Below are positions 38,101-50,000 of a stretch of DNA of 64,000 bases, one piece after another. This DNA comes from Amphiscolops sp. MND2022 (Eukaryota), in the NCBI GenBank assembly GCA_964187785.1, contig OZ076409.1, positions 13,084,001 through 13,148,000 of the forward strand, written 5' to 3'. The notes below the pieces were generated by a model, which worked only from the letters and a program-made list of their open reading frames with translations, was not told the origin of the DNA and did not search any database. The stretch's first letter is position 1. Each line of letters opens with the position of its first letter. Both the position numbers and the translations under genes were made by a program.

Positions 38101-40600
38101 AAAGGAAAAACTAATTCTCAGAGAAGATATTCCAACGACACCGATTGAACTACACGTCCAATCAGCAGGAGTGTCCGAAGAGGAACACATTTTTTATACG
38201 GAGGATGATGATGAGTCGGAAGAGCAAATTTTACAACGTAAAAAACAAGCTAGAGACCACCCAACCAATCAACTACCGGATATCTCATTCGAAAAAATTG
38301 CTACACACAAAAGCAACTATTGCAATCTCGCAACGCTTCAAAAACTATCATACCCGAACTCTATAGCAGTAAAGCAAAACAATGACGTCATCTTACAACA
38401 ATTGCGACTCAAGATATTGAAAGAAGACTATTCAGAAACCACACTGTTACAAGACACTCGCTACCAACATTACTGTCGCCAGATGGAACGACTGTCTGTC
38501 ATGGATGGAATTATCACTAGGCAGTATTAAGATGAAACAGGATCCATCAAGTACAACCAAGTACTTTTACCGAAACACCTAGTCCCAGAATTACTTGAGT
38601 CCTTACTCGGAAAAGCCAATAGGAACCCAGGATTTCCCAAGATGCTCATCGAAAATCGACAAAAATATTATTATCCTGGCATCGCAAAAAGTGTCAAAAA
38701 ATGGGTTCAAAGATGCGAATTTTGTATAAACGACAAAAGAATCCCGAACTCATCCATCACACCTGAATTGCTCAACTTACCCGAATGGGACTTAGGCCCA
38801 GAGGACGCAATGCAAATTGATTTGTTGCCTAACCTACCCGCAAGTGGAAGATACGAAAACATAATAACCGCAGTGGATGTGTTTTCACGATACTTTTTTG
38901 CTTACCCAGTCACAGACGCTTCGGCCACAAACACGGCAAAGGTTATCCTTGACATAATGACCAAACACACCTACTTGCCCACTATTTTGATTACGGACGA
39001 AGGTACGGCCTTTACGTCCAAATTGGTAGCTGAAATTGCTCAAATTTTGGGAATTCAAGTGAAATGCGCAACTACAAAACACCCACAAACTACATTAGAG
39101 TGCACAGGCAGGCCTTATTTGCTCAAAGCGCAACTTTGTGCTTTCAATATCTCGGATTCCACGACCATACCTTTAACCGTGCAAAATTGGCAAATTATGT
39201 CATAAGTCCCGGATTCCACGGATTTCGTCGTGGAATCCAGTAACAAAAGCTTAGCGGTACGCACTGTCGACATGCAGCTGTGTCCCGGATTCCACAAAAA
39301 CGTAAGTTAAAACGTGTTTAAAATTGAATTAATTTAAATTTTTCTACCTTTCCAAAAATGATAACTCAAAATCAGCGGACCAATCAGAGAGCAGCGGCAA
39401 AAGTGTCATTATAGCAGCAGTTTTGGCGTGGAATCCAGGACAAGCCTTGTGGTGGAATCCAAGACACGCTTAACATCAAAGAGAAATTTTGCCCTGGATT
39501 CCACGACTTTTCTCAAATTTCCTGTCCGGGATTCCACGAAAAGCAGCAAAATAGCTTGCCTATGCACTGTAATGTATTGGTTAACTCGAACGCACACACG
39601 CTAGCCTCAAAACGAACCTAAAATGGCCTCAGGGGACTACCGGCGACAATGGCATAAATATTTGCCTTTAGCCGTAATAAACTATAATACGACCTACCAC
39701 GCCACCCTGGGCTGTGAACTATCCAGAATCTTTCATGGACGAATCCCATATAAGATATTAGATCACAAATTGGGCCTTAATCTAAACCCGAAGGTCCTTC
39801 CGACCACAGATTTTGCTAAGGAATTTCGAAGACGCACGCAAATACTACTCGATTCCACAAAGAAAAACATCATGCAATCCTATTTGAAATACAGAGAATA
39901 CTACGACCGAAAGGCCAAAGCCGCTCCTTTAAAACAGAACGACTTTTGTTTAATATTACAACCTATCGCAGATCACCAAGGATCCAAAATTCCGTATTGC
40001 AAATACAGTTGGAAAGGACCCAACATTGTAGAAAAAGTCTTACCAAACGAAAATTACATAGTCAGAAAACTAAACTCTGATAAAACACACAAATTTTGTG
40101 TCCAAACACACAGTCCGAACACAAATCTTACATCGTATCAGACTGCGCAAATACAAACCGAACACCGTCTTACCGGACATCCGACCGGAATGCAATTTGC
40201 AACCGGACGATGAAATTTTTATTCCACAGGACGACCTGTACGTCATTACGTGGGAAACCAATTTTGGAGAATTTCCCAATTCAACCAATGAAGTCGCATT
40301 TCTCGCGGGTCTATGTGCCACAGACACTTCCAATGGTTTGGAGGCCGATACTAGCCCACCAGACGCAATTTTCACCGACGTGGACTTTCGGTCCACTGGG
40401 CTACACAAAAATGATGATTTTGCTTCGCTTTAAAAAACCCGTTCACACAGTACAAATGATGAGAACGACGATCAACAATCGTCAGGGGGGAGCGGTACTA
40501 TCGTGTCCGAAGTATTAGATGATGAAAAAGATGATATGATCGTAGACAATGAAAGTCCTAGAGGGGGAAATATAACTTCACTGATGAATACAGATACTAA
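35112..40600 (+). pseudogene. pol of giant element (PR, dUTPase-like, RT, RNase H, IN)
   Basis: VDMGALSS (PR), QYVDDIGI (RT), VTDAS / LTDNKS (RH), IDLLP / ITDEGTAF / LERTH (IN), many disablements. Confidence 0.9.
39093..39574. mobile_element. Tc1/mariner-type MITE inserted in integrase
   Basis: TIR CATTAGAGTGCACAGGCA / TGCCTATGCACTGTAATG, TA TSD; removal restores KHPQTIG.LERTH. Confidence 0.9.
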
Positions 40601-40755
40601 TCAAACTTGTAAATTACGGCCCCGACTCTAAGTAATGTATTTTATACAGGACACGCTTGACTTTTGACTTTACGCAAAACAACAACAATAAACAAACAAC
40701 AGAACTAAAGTATTTACAAAATGGAGTATAGACTACAATTATACATATAGTACAA

Positions 40756-43700
40756 TTATTTCTTACTACTCCCAGCGATCAGTCGAGTGGCAGATTCAGC
40801 CAATTCATCATCAGTTAATAAGTGACTGCGATGTTTGTTTGTCTTGGGCACTGCAAAAGGCTTCAAGGGAGAATTACCTTCGGGCACATAGGAATCTTGA
40901 ACAGCATTTTTGGGTGCCTCACTTGGATGGAGGGCTTCTCTAATTTTCACTCTGCCAAAGTGATCCACACTGTCCCAAGGACTATACACATCAGTGAGCC
41001 CTGAATTCCCAAATGACTGCTCCAGAGAAAGGAAGCGAGTTACAGATGCGTCCGAAGTGAGAACATCGAGTCCTCGAGCAGAGTATCCAAGATATGACTG
41101 GATCGGCGCAATGACATCAAACATGGGGCTAAGGGGATCGTCCGTACGGTGTGACCCAAATTTAACTGGAGAGAAAGACAATCGAGGCTCGTCTAGACGA
41201 AAACAGCTTAGCCGGAATAGCCGGTGCAAATGAGGCCTGGTCCTGAGGGCCTCTTGTCCAGAAATGAACTCAATAGCATCGGCAATTAGCAGCTTGGGTT
41301 GTTGTGTGCCTGGGTGCGATTGGCGGAGGACGTCAAGGAATGACACGTACTCCTCAGTATAAACCAATTCGTCCTCCCTCTGCTGCACTACACCCCTCAA
41401 TCGGAAGCTGGAGAATAATTGCTTAAAGCAATATGAAGCGTTTTCAGGAGGATCGACCAGCATGATGTCTAAGTCAAATGAACCGAGCCCTTTGACGATA
41501 TCTGATGTCAAGCGGCTCAGTCCTTGTATACCTTTAAACAGAAAAATGACATAGCTACGAGCAGTTCTAGCAAATTCCTACTTGTTCCTTTTGGTGATGT
41601 CATCCAGAGTGAGGCCTTCATTTTTCTTGTCTCCTTCTCTGCTCCAGCTTTAACTTTACAAGGGGGATCCAATCTTCAATCGAGTTTTGATCGCGACAGG
41701 AAATCACTAATGGCAAGAGCGTTTACGTCTGGGATGGAGAGATTCAATATGGCCTGATGATCAGTCTCATTAGGTAAATTGGAAGGCCGGATGCATCTCC
41801 CCCCCCCCCCCACTTTAAATAGAAACTGGCTTAATTCGCGAAACACGTGGAAACCTCGGTCGCGTCGTTGCTTCAAATTGACCACGAAACTGGTGGTATA
41901 ATCCCGGACCAATCGGTAAGAGATTTCCAGTCGTGTCGGGAGGAATTCGATCACAGACCATGAACCAGTCCGGACTTTGTGGCTATAAAACAATACAACC
42001 AATGAAATACTGAAGGTACGAATGGCTAGAAATGGTTGGTCAGAAAGGTATATCACAAAATAATTTTGGAAAGTAAATCATTCCACGAAGGACTGGTAGG
42101 CCAGGTATCCTGACCAAGGAACTCTTGGGATGATTTTAGGATACAAATGAATGTAGTATACCATACCTGCCTACGTACTCCTTGCATCTCTTGGGAAGCT
42201 GAATGTTGCGTCAGGTAGTCGGTGACTTTAGTCCAATTCTTTAGCAGCTCCTGACACAGAGTGGGCAAACCATTCAACTCAAGCTGGCAAGTCCTGATGG
42301 CCTGAATTATAGAAACATCAAAGAAAATCCTTTGAAACTACTTATGGCTAAGCAAAACGAAGATTACCTTGGACAAATCAGGTGACAGCATCATCCACTC
42401 TAACTCAAGACTGGACCCAAGAGAGACAATTAGGTAATGCAAAACTGCAAAGAAGTCGATTCGCCCAAATACACGAGAGGCTTTCTTGTGCATAAGGGTT
42501 CTCAGCTGCAATTCCTCGAGTCTTGGGGGGCTTTGCACGGCATATGGTCTATAGGGGCTCAGATCTAATAGTTCGACGGTCTAAGAAGTGCAACCGGTTA
42601 CACTAATTATTTCGGGACCGGTGAAGATAGCACCCATCACATGTGATATCAGTGTAATCTCGGCCTGGCTCTGGCCCTGTGCCCTTCCAGTTATTTTCAG
42701 GAAGACTCTGCACAATTGGTCTCCTTGCCAAAAGCAAAGGAAACTGAGCAAAAAGATCCCATCATTGGCAAATTCCAAGGCATATTCTTTGTTGGAGACA
42801 TTGTGGTGCCCGATGTCACTTACAATCTCGAGGAACATTAGGTGGAACAGCACCTGAAACGCAAACCAATCATTATATGGGAAGTATGAGGACTGAACTA
42901 CCCAGAGACCTAGAAACAGGGGATGCTCATAACAAAACTAAACAACCACTAATTTAGTTGTCATAGTTGAGATAGGAAAATTTTGGATGATGGAAATACT
43001 CACTGTGAGGCGCTCTTTAGTCCAGTTGAAATCAGTGAATAGTGCTTGATGATTCACTACGACCCAATGTCCCGCCAGAAGTTGCGCTTAATGTCAATGT
43101 CACCATAAGCAGGAAGAAATCGCTCAAGCACAGAGATCTGGATCCTAGCCCGACTTTCTGACGAGTATGACACATGGTCTGCTCCGGCCATGTATTCATC
43201 GTAAAATGAGAGTTTCTCCCCAAGGTCAACTAACTTGTGGGATGCGAGCCTTGGTGTAAGGGTCAATCTTGTACAAGTATTCATATCTCCAGTGTTGGTC
43301 CCTTCTAAGGTGTTTCTCACTGGCATGATGTCTAAGGATTTCACGGACGCCCTTCCAATGAATGGAGATATTAGCCTTACAAATCTGGCAAAAGAATTTG
43401 TGTTTATTCCAGTTGGGATCAATGGGACCAGAAACGAAGATTCGGGTCCACTCCATGCCCTTAAAATAGGCCTCCTTCATCACCTTGCTTGTCCTTGAAA
43501 TTTTCCGCCGCTTGCTGGAGCCTTTGCCCTGTGCTGGGACAAAACGTTCTTTTGGGTCCCTGGAACGCTGCTGTCGATCCTGAATGGCTTCGTCCCTGAG
43601 AGCAGCTAAAGTTTGTGCTACGGGGCAGTCCGCATTTAGTGAGCCCACAGGGGACTCAAGGTCGATGCGACTACACCCAGGCTTAGACGAGACAAGAGGG

Positions 43701-44632
43701 GGCTCAGCGATTACTTCTGGGTCAGAATGCTCATACGAACAACCAATGCTGGCAAATCCGTCGTCGCTCCGAAGAGCACCACTGGTGTCACTGCAACCGC
43801 CAGAGGAAGAGTCTAGGTCCCGTCCCCAGCTTGTGACGACAGAAGAACCTCTTCTAGCGGAACCTTTCCTGTTGGTGGCTTTGCCAACTGGTTCAGTCGT
43901 CAGAGACAATTGGATAGCCCTGTAAATGAGGGTTTCCAGCATGTCGTACGACGCCCTGGCAGTCTCATCAGCCACTACTCGTAATACATTGTTAATCTGC
44001 CCTCCAGTAAATACTACGGCTGGATTCCCTGGAGGCAATCTAAAGGACCCGTTTTGGGCAAAACATTCCTTAATGAGGGCACTACTTCTACCTCCCAAAG
44101 AGAGAGGTCTAGGACCTACTGGGGGTTGGATTGCAGTGTCATCACTATCTTGTTCACTCGTGTCGGGTGGCGTTCTCCGGGCCCCAGGATGCAATGCATC
44201 CGTTAAAGTTGAACCTACCCCTTGTTCAGACTCACCGCCTGAAATGTGACCATATTCTGAGTCACTGTGGTTTGTTGTGGGCTGCTGAATAGTGACGTGC
44301 TTATCAACTATCGCCGGTCTCTTTTGACTTCCTTCAGTGACTCCGACCGGCATGTTGCCCCTAAGGGCTGCCTCAGCGGTAGAGCTTCCTGAGGGAGAGG
44401 CGGATCGTGCACGCTTTTCAGCTGGTTCTGAGTTCTCAGGTTCCGGGTTGTCAATAATCTGTCTTGGAGAGTCAAGGAACACTACGACTGGGGAACTTGG
44501 TTCAGGTAATTCAATGCTTTCAGGAAGTTGAGCGCTAGGGGTAATGACCAAAAGTTCACTGACGCTTTCACGGTCCGCTGTCTCAGTCACCTCTGTGAAT
44601 TCTCTGGCAGCTGCTTCTTCTAATTGGCTCAT
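40756..44632 (-). pseudogene. Antisense spliced gene inside the giant element: disordered N-terminus, BED-type Zn finger, hAT-transposase-like body
   Basis: ORF chain 44632 to 40756; FFCQICKANISI...ILRHHASEKH; candidate introns 42854-43003, 42302-42367, 41532-41581. Confidence 0.75.
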
Positions 44633-44872
44633 CTTTCATGTGATGTAAGTGCCACAGCTCTCATTTGATCCATTACTATCAGTGGCGAAAAGACGAGATA
44701 TAAGGGATAAGCTGGGAGAGTCTTGTTGCTGCGAAGACCCTTGGTCCATTGGTTCCGAACGAGTGTGGGCTTCGTCAATTATAGTCTGATGTTGACGCTG
44801 AGTTACCTCTGGCTGACTAGTTACGGTTGCCGTTTCATTTTCAACAGGCGTTTGCTGTGGTTGGTCTTCATT

Positions 44873-45227
44873 TTTAGTCGGCGTTTTCGAAGAAAATCCC
44901 GACTCTTACACAGGCTAGTTTTTTTCGTCAGTTCAACGCGTAACGTCCACATTTTGTGCATTAATGCAATTAATGCACATTTACCAACTTTTACCATATG
45001 TACTTAGTACTTCATTTTCAACGCATCCAAAGCGTCCTCCTTTTACATTTTTCGGCACTTTGCGACTTACCGGAAACTTCAAAAAAAAATTCAAAAAAAA
45101 TCGGAAATTTTTTTCTTCAATTTTTAGTTTTTTGAGAGCTTTTGTTGTCTCCAGTTGTTGAAAAAGTGGTTTTCGAGTCTTTTTGAACCTTAGAAATGGC
45201 GCCGACTTGGGCCGTTCCCGGCTTGTT
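44873..45227 (+). mobile_element. Complete short HINE-like element inserted in giant element
   Basis: TTTTTAGTCGGCG..CCCGACT start; GGCGCCGACTTGGGCCGTTCCCGGCTTGTTTTT end; inserted in a T-run, no TSD. Confidence 0.75.
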
Positions 45228-47063
45228 TTTGCCTAAACGGAAAGAAATAAATTTACGCAGTTCACTTCCTGAGTATGAATCCATTTTGCCGCACACTTTC
45301 AAAACTTCCGGAAGTAAGTTACTATTCTTGTTTCAAGGCGAAAACATTTCACGATGGAGGAAGTAAATTACGTCGAAACCAAACCCTGATCAACTTTGGT
45401 TAAGCCAAAACTCAAAAAAGAACCAACGTGATGATGTTTCCATATTGAGCAAGCAGAACTTGTGACAACGCCGCGTTTGATCTTGGAATGCTGCAAATTT
45501 GTATTTTTTTGGACGACAGTTGTTAGGGAAGCACTAAGGGCAAGTCTGTGGGAATTCGGACAGAGGGTCGGACATGGATGTATAGCAAGAATTGTGTTCC
45601 TGATTAATCCCAATTAAAATGTAACAATCGGAAATCGAAGTAAGCAGGTGAGGAAGCTATAAAGACTGATTTGTCGCAGAAACGACAGGAGGACGCTGTA
45701 TCACAAACACAATGAGAGAATACTCTCAAAAGGCTAAATATTTAAACTTGACTAAAATCTTTTCGACTGCAGACTGTTGAGTGATTTCAAAATGTTTACA
45801 TGAACATTACTAACCCAGGACGTCGTGGCTAAAATCACCTTAACTTAATATTAACCGATATAATTACAAACATGCATAGCCTTTTCATGGTTGTGGTCTG
45901 CCAGCAACATTCATGAAAACGGGCTTTTTTCGGCCTTCAAAACTTCCATTCACCTATTAGAGCATCGTTCATTTAATCTCACGATCTTTATTCACTTTGC
46001 TTGGAGGATTTACTCATTCATCTATCGCTACCGCCTCATTGGCTAACGCGCTGAGTGTAGACGCGCGGACCGGTGGTTCTTGATGGTGTTTTTATTTACC
46101 AGCGATTATTACCAGTCAACACTTTCATTGTTAATTATCTACTCTCTAGCTGTTGAACAAATAAACTGAGAACCTCTCAAGTGACCATTATTGAGTGTTT
46201 CAACCCATTCTTGAAGTTAACCTCATATTATAGGCCTACTTACAAGGAAAGTTAGGAAAAGTCCGGGGAAACTAGCGACTCTGATTCCCCGCGTAACCGT
46301 TTCCCGCGACACCGGGGAAGGCCCAAGGTTTACTCGGCGAGAACGGATCATTCTACCCATTTCGAAGTTAAAATCAAGTTGACATTACAACCATTGCAAA
46401 GAAAACCTTTTTGTCACGATTTTGCCGTGAGATGTCTCTACAATCTGACGTTGAGGAGTTCATCAGACCTTTGGTGAGTGCGCTTTATGAGTCCTCAGAA
46501 GAAAACATGGAAGTTGATTCCGCTCCAATGTCCGTGATCGAGCAGGAGCAAGACGCGGACAGCGATATTGAAGTGATTGCCTGCTACAGAAAAGCTCCAG
46601 TTTACCCACCACAGTTGGCCGGAGGGCAAGCAATGACTTTTGATCTGGACACTTGCGGCGAATAAAGGGCACAATACCCATACGGTCAGGCAGGATCAAT
46701 CGGTTCAACATTTGACCCATCTGACAGCCTGGTCGACTGGTTCGTTGGAAGCCCCCCCCTACACGTACTTATACCGCAGGTGATCTTGACCATCACATAG
46801 CAAATTGCAGTCAACTAGAGCCAATATCTTATTCCCCAATGTCACACCCGTTAATTGATCAGTGGTCATCAGGAAATACAGGTAATGACCAGTGGTCAGA
46901 AGATCTGCAACGGATCGATTCTTGGGCGTCCAATCCGCATATAACAGGACTTGCAATAGGCGCTAGTGGCCTTTGTGGTGAGCCAAATTATATCCAGCGT
47001 GGTGATTGCGCGGTGTGCGGCAATTCGTTCGCAACTATACAAGAAGAAATCACCCTTGGGTAT

Positions 47064-50000
47064 TATTGTATTCTGTGAGAATATCTCAATTCAAAACGTA
47101 TGTAAAATAACAATGTTTTCTCTGGATCGAAACGTACTATAATGAGGTCAAACTTTATCGAACTAAATGTTTGTAGGTAAATACAAACTCAAAATGGCAA
47201 GTTGTTTATCAACAGTTCTCAATTTCTCTATTCTTCATTTCCCCCTCTGTAATTGGATGGGAATTATCCGTTTGATTTCCGTTGCCGTCCAGATTGGTGT
47301 TGTGGTCGGTATGCCGTCCACGTCTTGGTTTAGGATCCGGATGTCCGTGATTGGCATGGTTGCTTTCCGTTGACTGGAACATTTGTGGTTGTGAACGGTC
47401 TACTGGTTGTCCTCGTCTTCCCGCTCGAGCATTTCTTCTGTTGTCTCCAGTAGTGGTGACAGGTTTAGTCGTTTTGCGGTGTTTCCTGTAATCAGATTGA
47501 TTAACTGGATTATTTAATCTAATGATTGGATTTGTTTTCGTCAGACGTTTTGACCGGCGTAGGTTAGTTTCTTGTGTGTTTTCTAGTTCTTTATCTATTT
47601 CAGTGCTAGAGCTAAGATTACTTGCTAATTCTAGATCTGAATCTATAGTATTAAATACCTTACCGTTTATGTCTTTCATGTGTAGGTCTTGTCCTGACTG
47701 CTGAGTGTCATTGATGACATGATCTATGTCGGATTCCGACATTTGTTCTGCGTTAATTGTGAGTGGTCCCATTGGTTTGTTGTTGTTTCTTCCCTGTTGT
47801 TTTTCGGGTGAGGTTGACGTTTCCCGGTTTCTGATGAACCTTGGTTTTCCTCTACCGAATGTTCCACTTTTTCGGATGTTCGGTGTTTCCGGGCTAGTGT
47901 CCAATTGCTCTTCTTGTGATTGGGATAGCTCTGGAGTTGTTGGTGGCTTGTCTTCTTTGCGGGAAAATCTTCCGTCCGGTCCTCTTGGTCCGGTTCCTCT
48001 GTTGGAGTTTTCCTGTTCAAATGGTGTAATTGGTTTACTAATCAGTTTTCGATGAATAATTTTATTTTCAGCTGTAGTTATGGTATGGTTAGTTCCCTTA
48101 ACCGCTGTTTGTAATTGATCGGAATAGGGACTTTCAAATTTTGATTTTGTGTTTTTCCATTCAAAGAATTGAAACGGGTATTTACTAACCGTTTTGGTTG
48201 ACTTTCTCTTTTGTTTCATGGGTAGATGGTCGGAACTACCGCCTTCTCCACTGAACGTGTAAACCTGTAGGGTTTCTGGTTTTGCTGAAATGGAATGGTT
48301 ATTGGTTAACTTTTCAATTTCTTTCAATTTTAGCATATTACTCAACTCCGTGTTTGGTTCTCTACCGAAGTGTAATTCAAATGCTGATTTTCTAAGTCTA
48401 GTGTGTGGGGTTGTCCGCATTACTCCTAAAGACAGATCGAGTGCTTTTCCGAACGGTTCACCCGCTTTTATGTTGGTTAGTAAGTTTTCTTTTAGTGTTC
48501 TCACCCCCCGTTCCGCTAGGCCAGTGGGAGTATGTATATACGGTGTCCCGTATATCAGTGAGATGAAATTCTTTTTACAGAATTCTCTGAAACAGTGACC
48601 TGTGAACGCTGACGCTTTATCGGTTCTAATCGTTTTAGGTATTCCGTTTAATTGGATGTATTGTTGAAGAAAAGTTACCGCCGTTTTTCCGTCTGTTGAT
48701 TTGCAAAGACTGGCTGCCGGCCATTTGCTAAACCGGTCCATGGAGAGTAAGATATAAAATTTTCGGTTCTCTTCCGTGATTGGTCCAATGAAATCCAATT
48801 GGATTTCTTCGTTTGGTGCGCTTAATGGTGGTAAACAGTTTTGTTCCGTTTTAGGTATATTTGGTTTAAGATTCTTACCGGAAAGTTTGCACGGTATACA
48901 GCTGTCGCACTTTCTTTGTATTGCTTCGGATATTTTCGGCCACCAGAAGTGTTTTGCCGCCATTGTCATCTTGTTGATGGCGGGATGGCCTTTGTGAAGC
49001 AGTGTGACGACCGTTGTTCGCAAATTTGTGGGGACAATTTTTCTTTCTTCAAAGAATACCAATCCGTATCTCGTGGATAGTTTTCGTTTGTATTGGTTGT
49101 ATTCCTCTGGAATGTTATCGTACTGTTTTCTTTCCAGGCACACGAGGGTTTTCAACAATTTCGGGTCGTTTGTTGTCTCCGTCATTAATAATTGGAGATC
49201 CGTAGCAAATTCTTTTTCGGTCTCCCTGACGGTGTTTTCATGGTCCCAGTTATTTGGTTCCAGAGCTTGTATCCTCGGGGCTTGTCCCATTTTAATATAT
49301 TGGACGCTTTTTACTCCGAGGTAGTTCGCCCAATTGATTGTGGGTACTTCCAGTACCGACGGTGCCATTTCCGAGTCACTGGAAATCTCTCCCTCCTCCA
49401 TCGGTGTCTCGTCCGGTGTTTGGCTTGTTGTCGGATGTTCTTGTGATGTGCTCTGGTAATCCTGTGGGATAAATCCGCCTTGTAAATTTCTGGTTTCTTT
49501 GAATTGCCAGTCCGGGAAGTAGTTCGTCTGATTTTGCGGGTTTGTAACTTCTATGGCAGGGCTTTCCAGTCGATTTATAATTTCGGTAAGCCTTTCTTCA
49601 ATTATTTTTCTCTCTCCGCGGAGGAATTTTGGCTCATGGTATTTCTTCCATTTGCCGTTTGATAGTCGGTAGATTCCCGGCTTTACGATGTTTCGCCATC
49701 GTTCAATTAAATTGATGGTTTCTTGGGACGAATCGATTCTTTCAAGATTGTCAATAGTTTTGGCGTCCATTATCGGTGAATTGACGTTACTGTTTGGAGT
49801 GTTAATGAGGCTGTGAATGGCGGTTTGTTCACGCGTGTTGTTCGATGACCGGTGTTTGTTTGCTTTTGTCGAGTTTGCTATGCTATTCGCCGATTGTGAT
49901 TGGTTGAAATGGTTGTTAAGGCAACCGAGTTTAGAAACGAATCCGTAGTGCGGTGCTATGCTGTTAATGACGTATTCTTCTTCGTATACGTCATCGCTTT

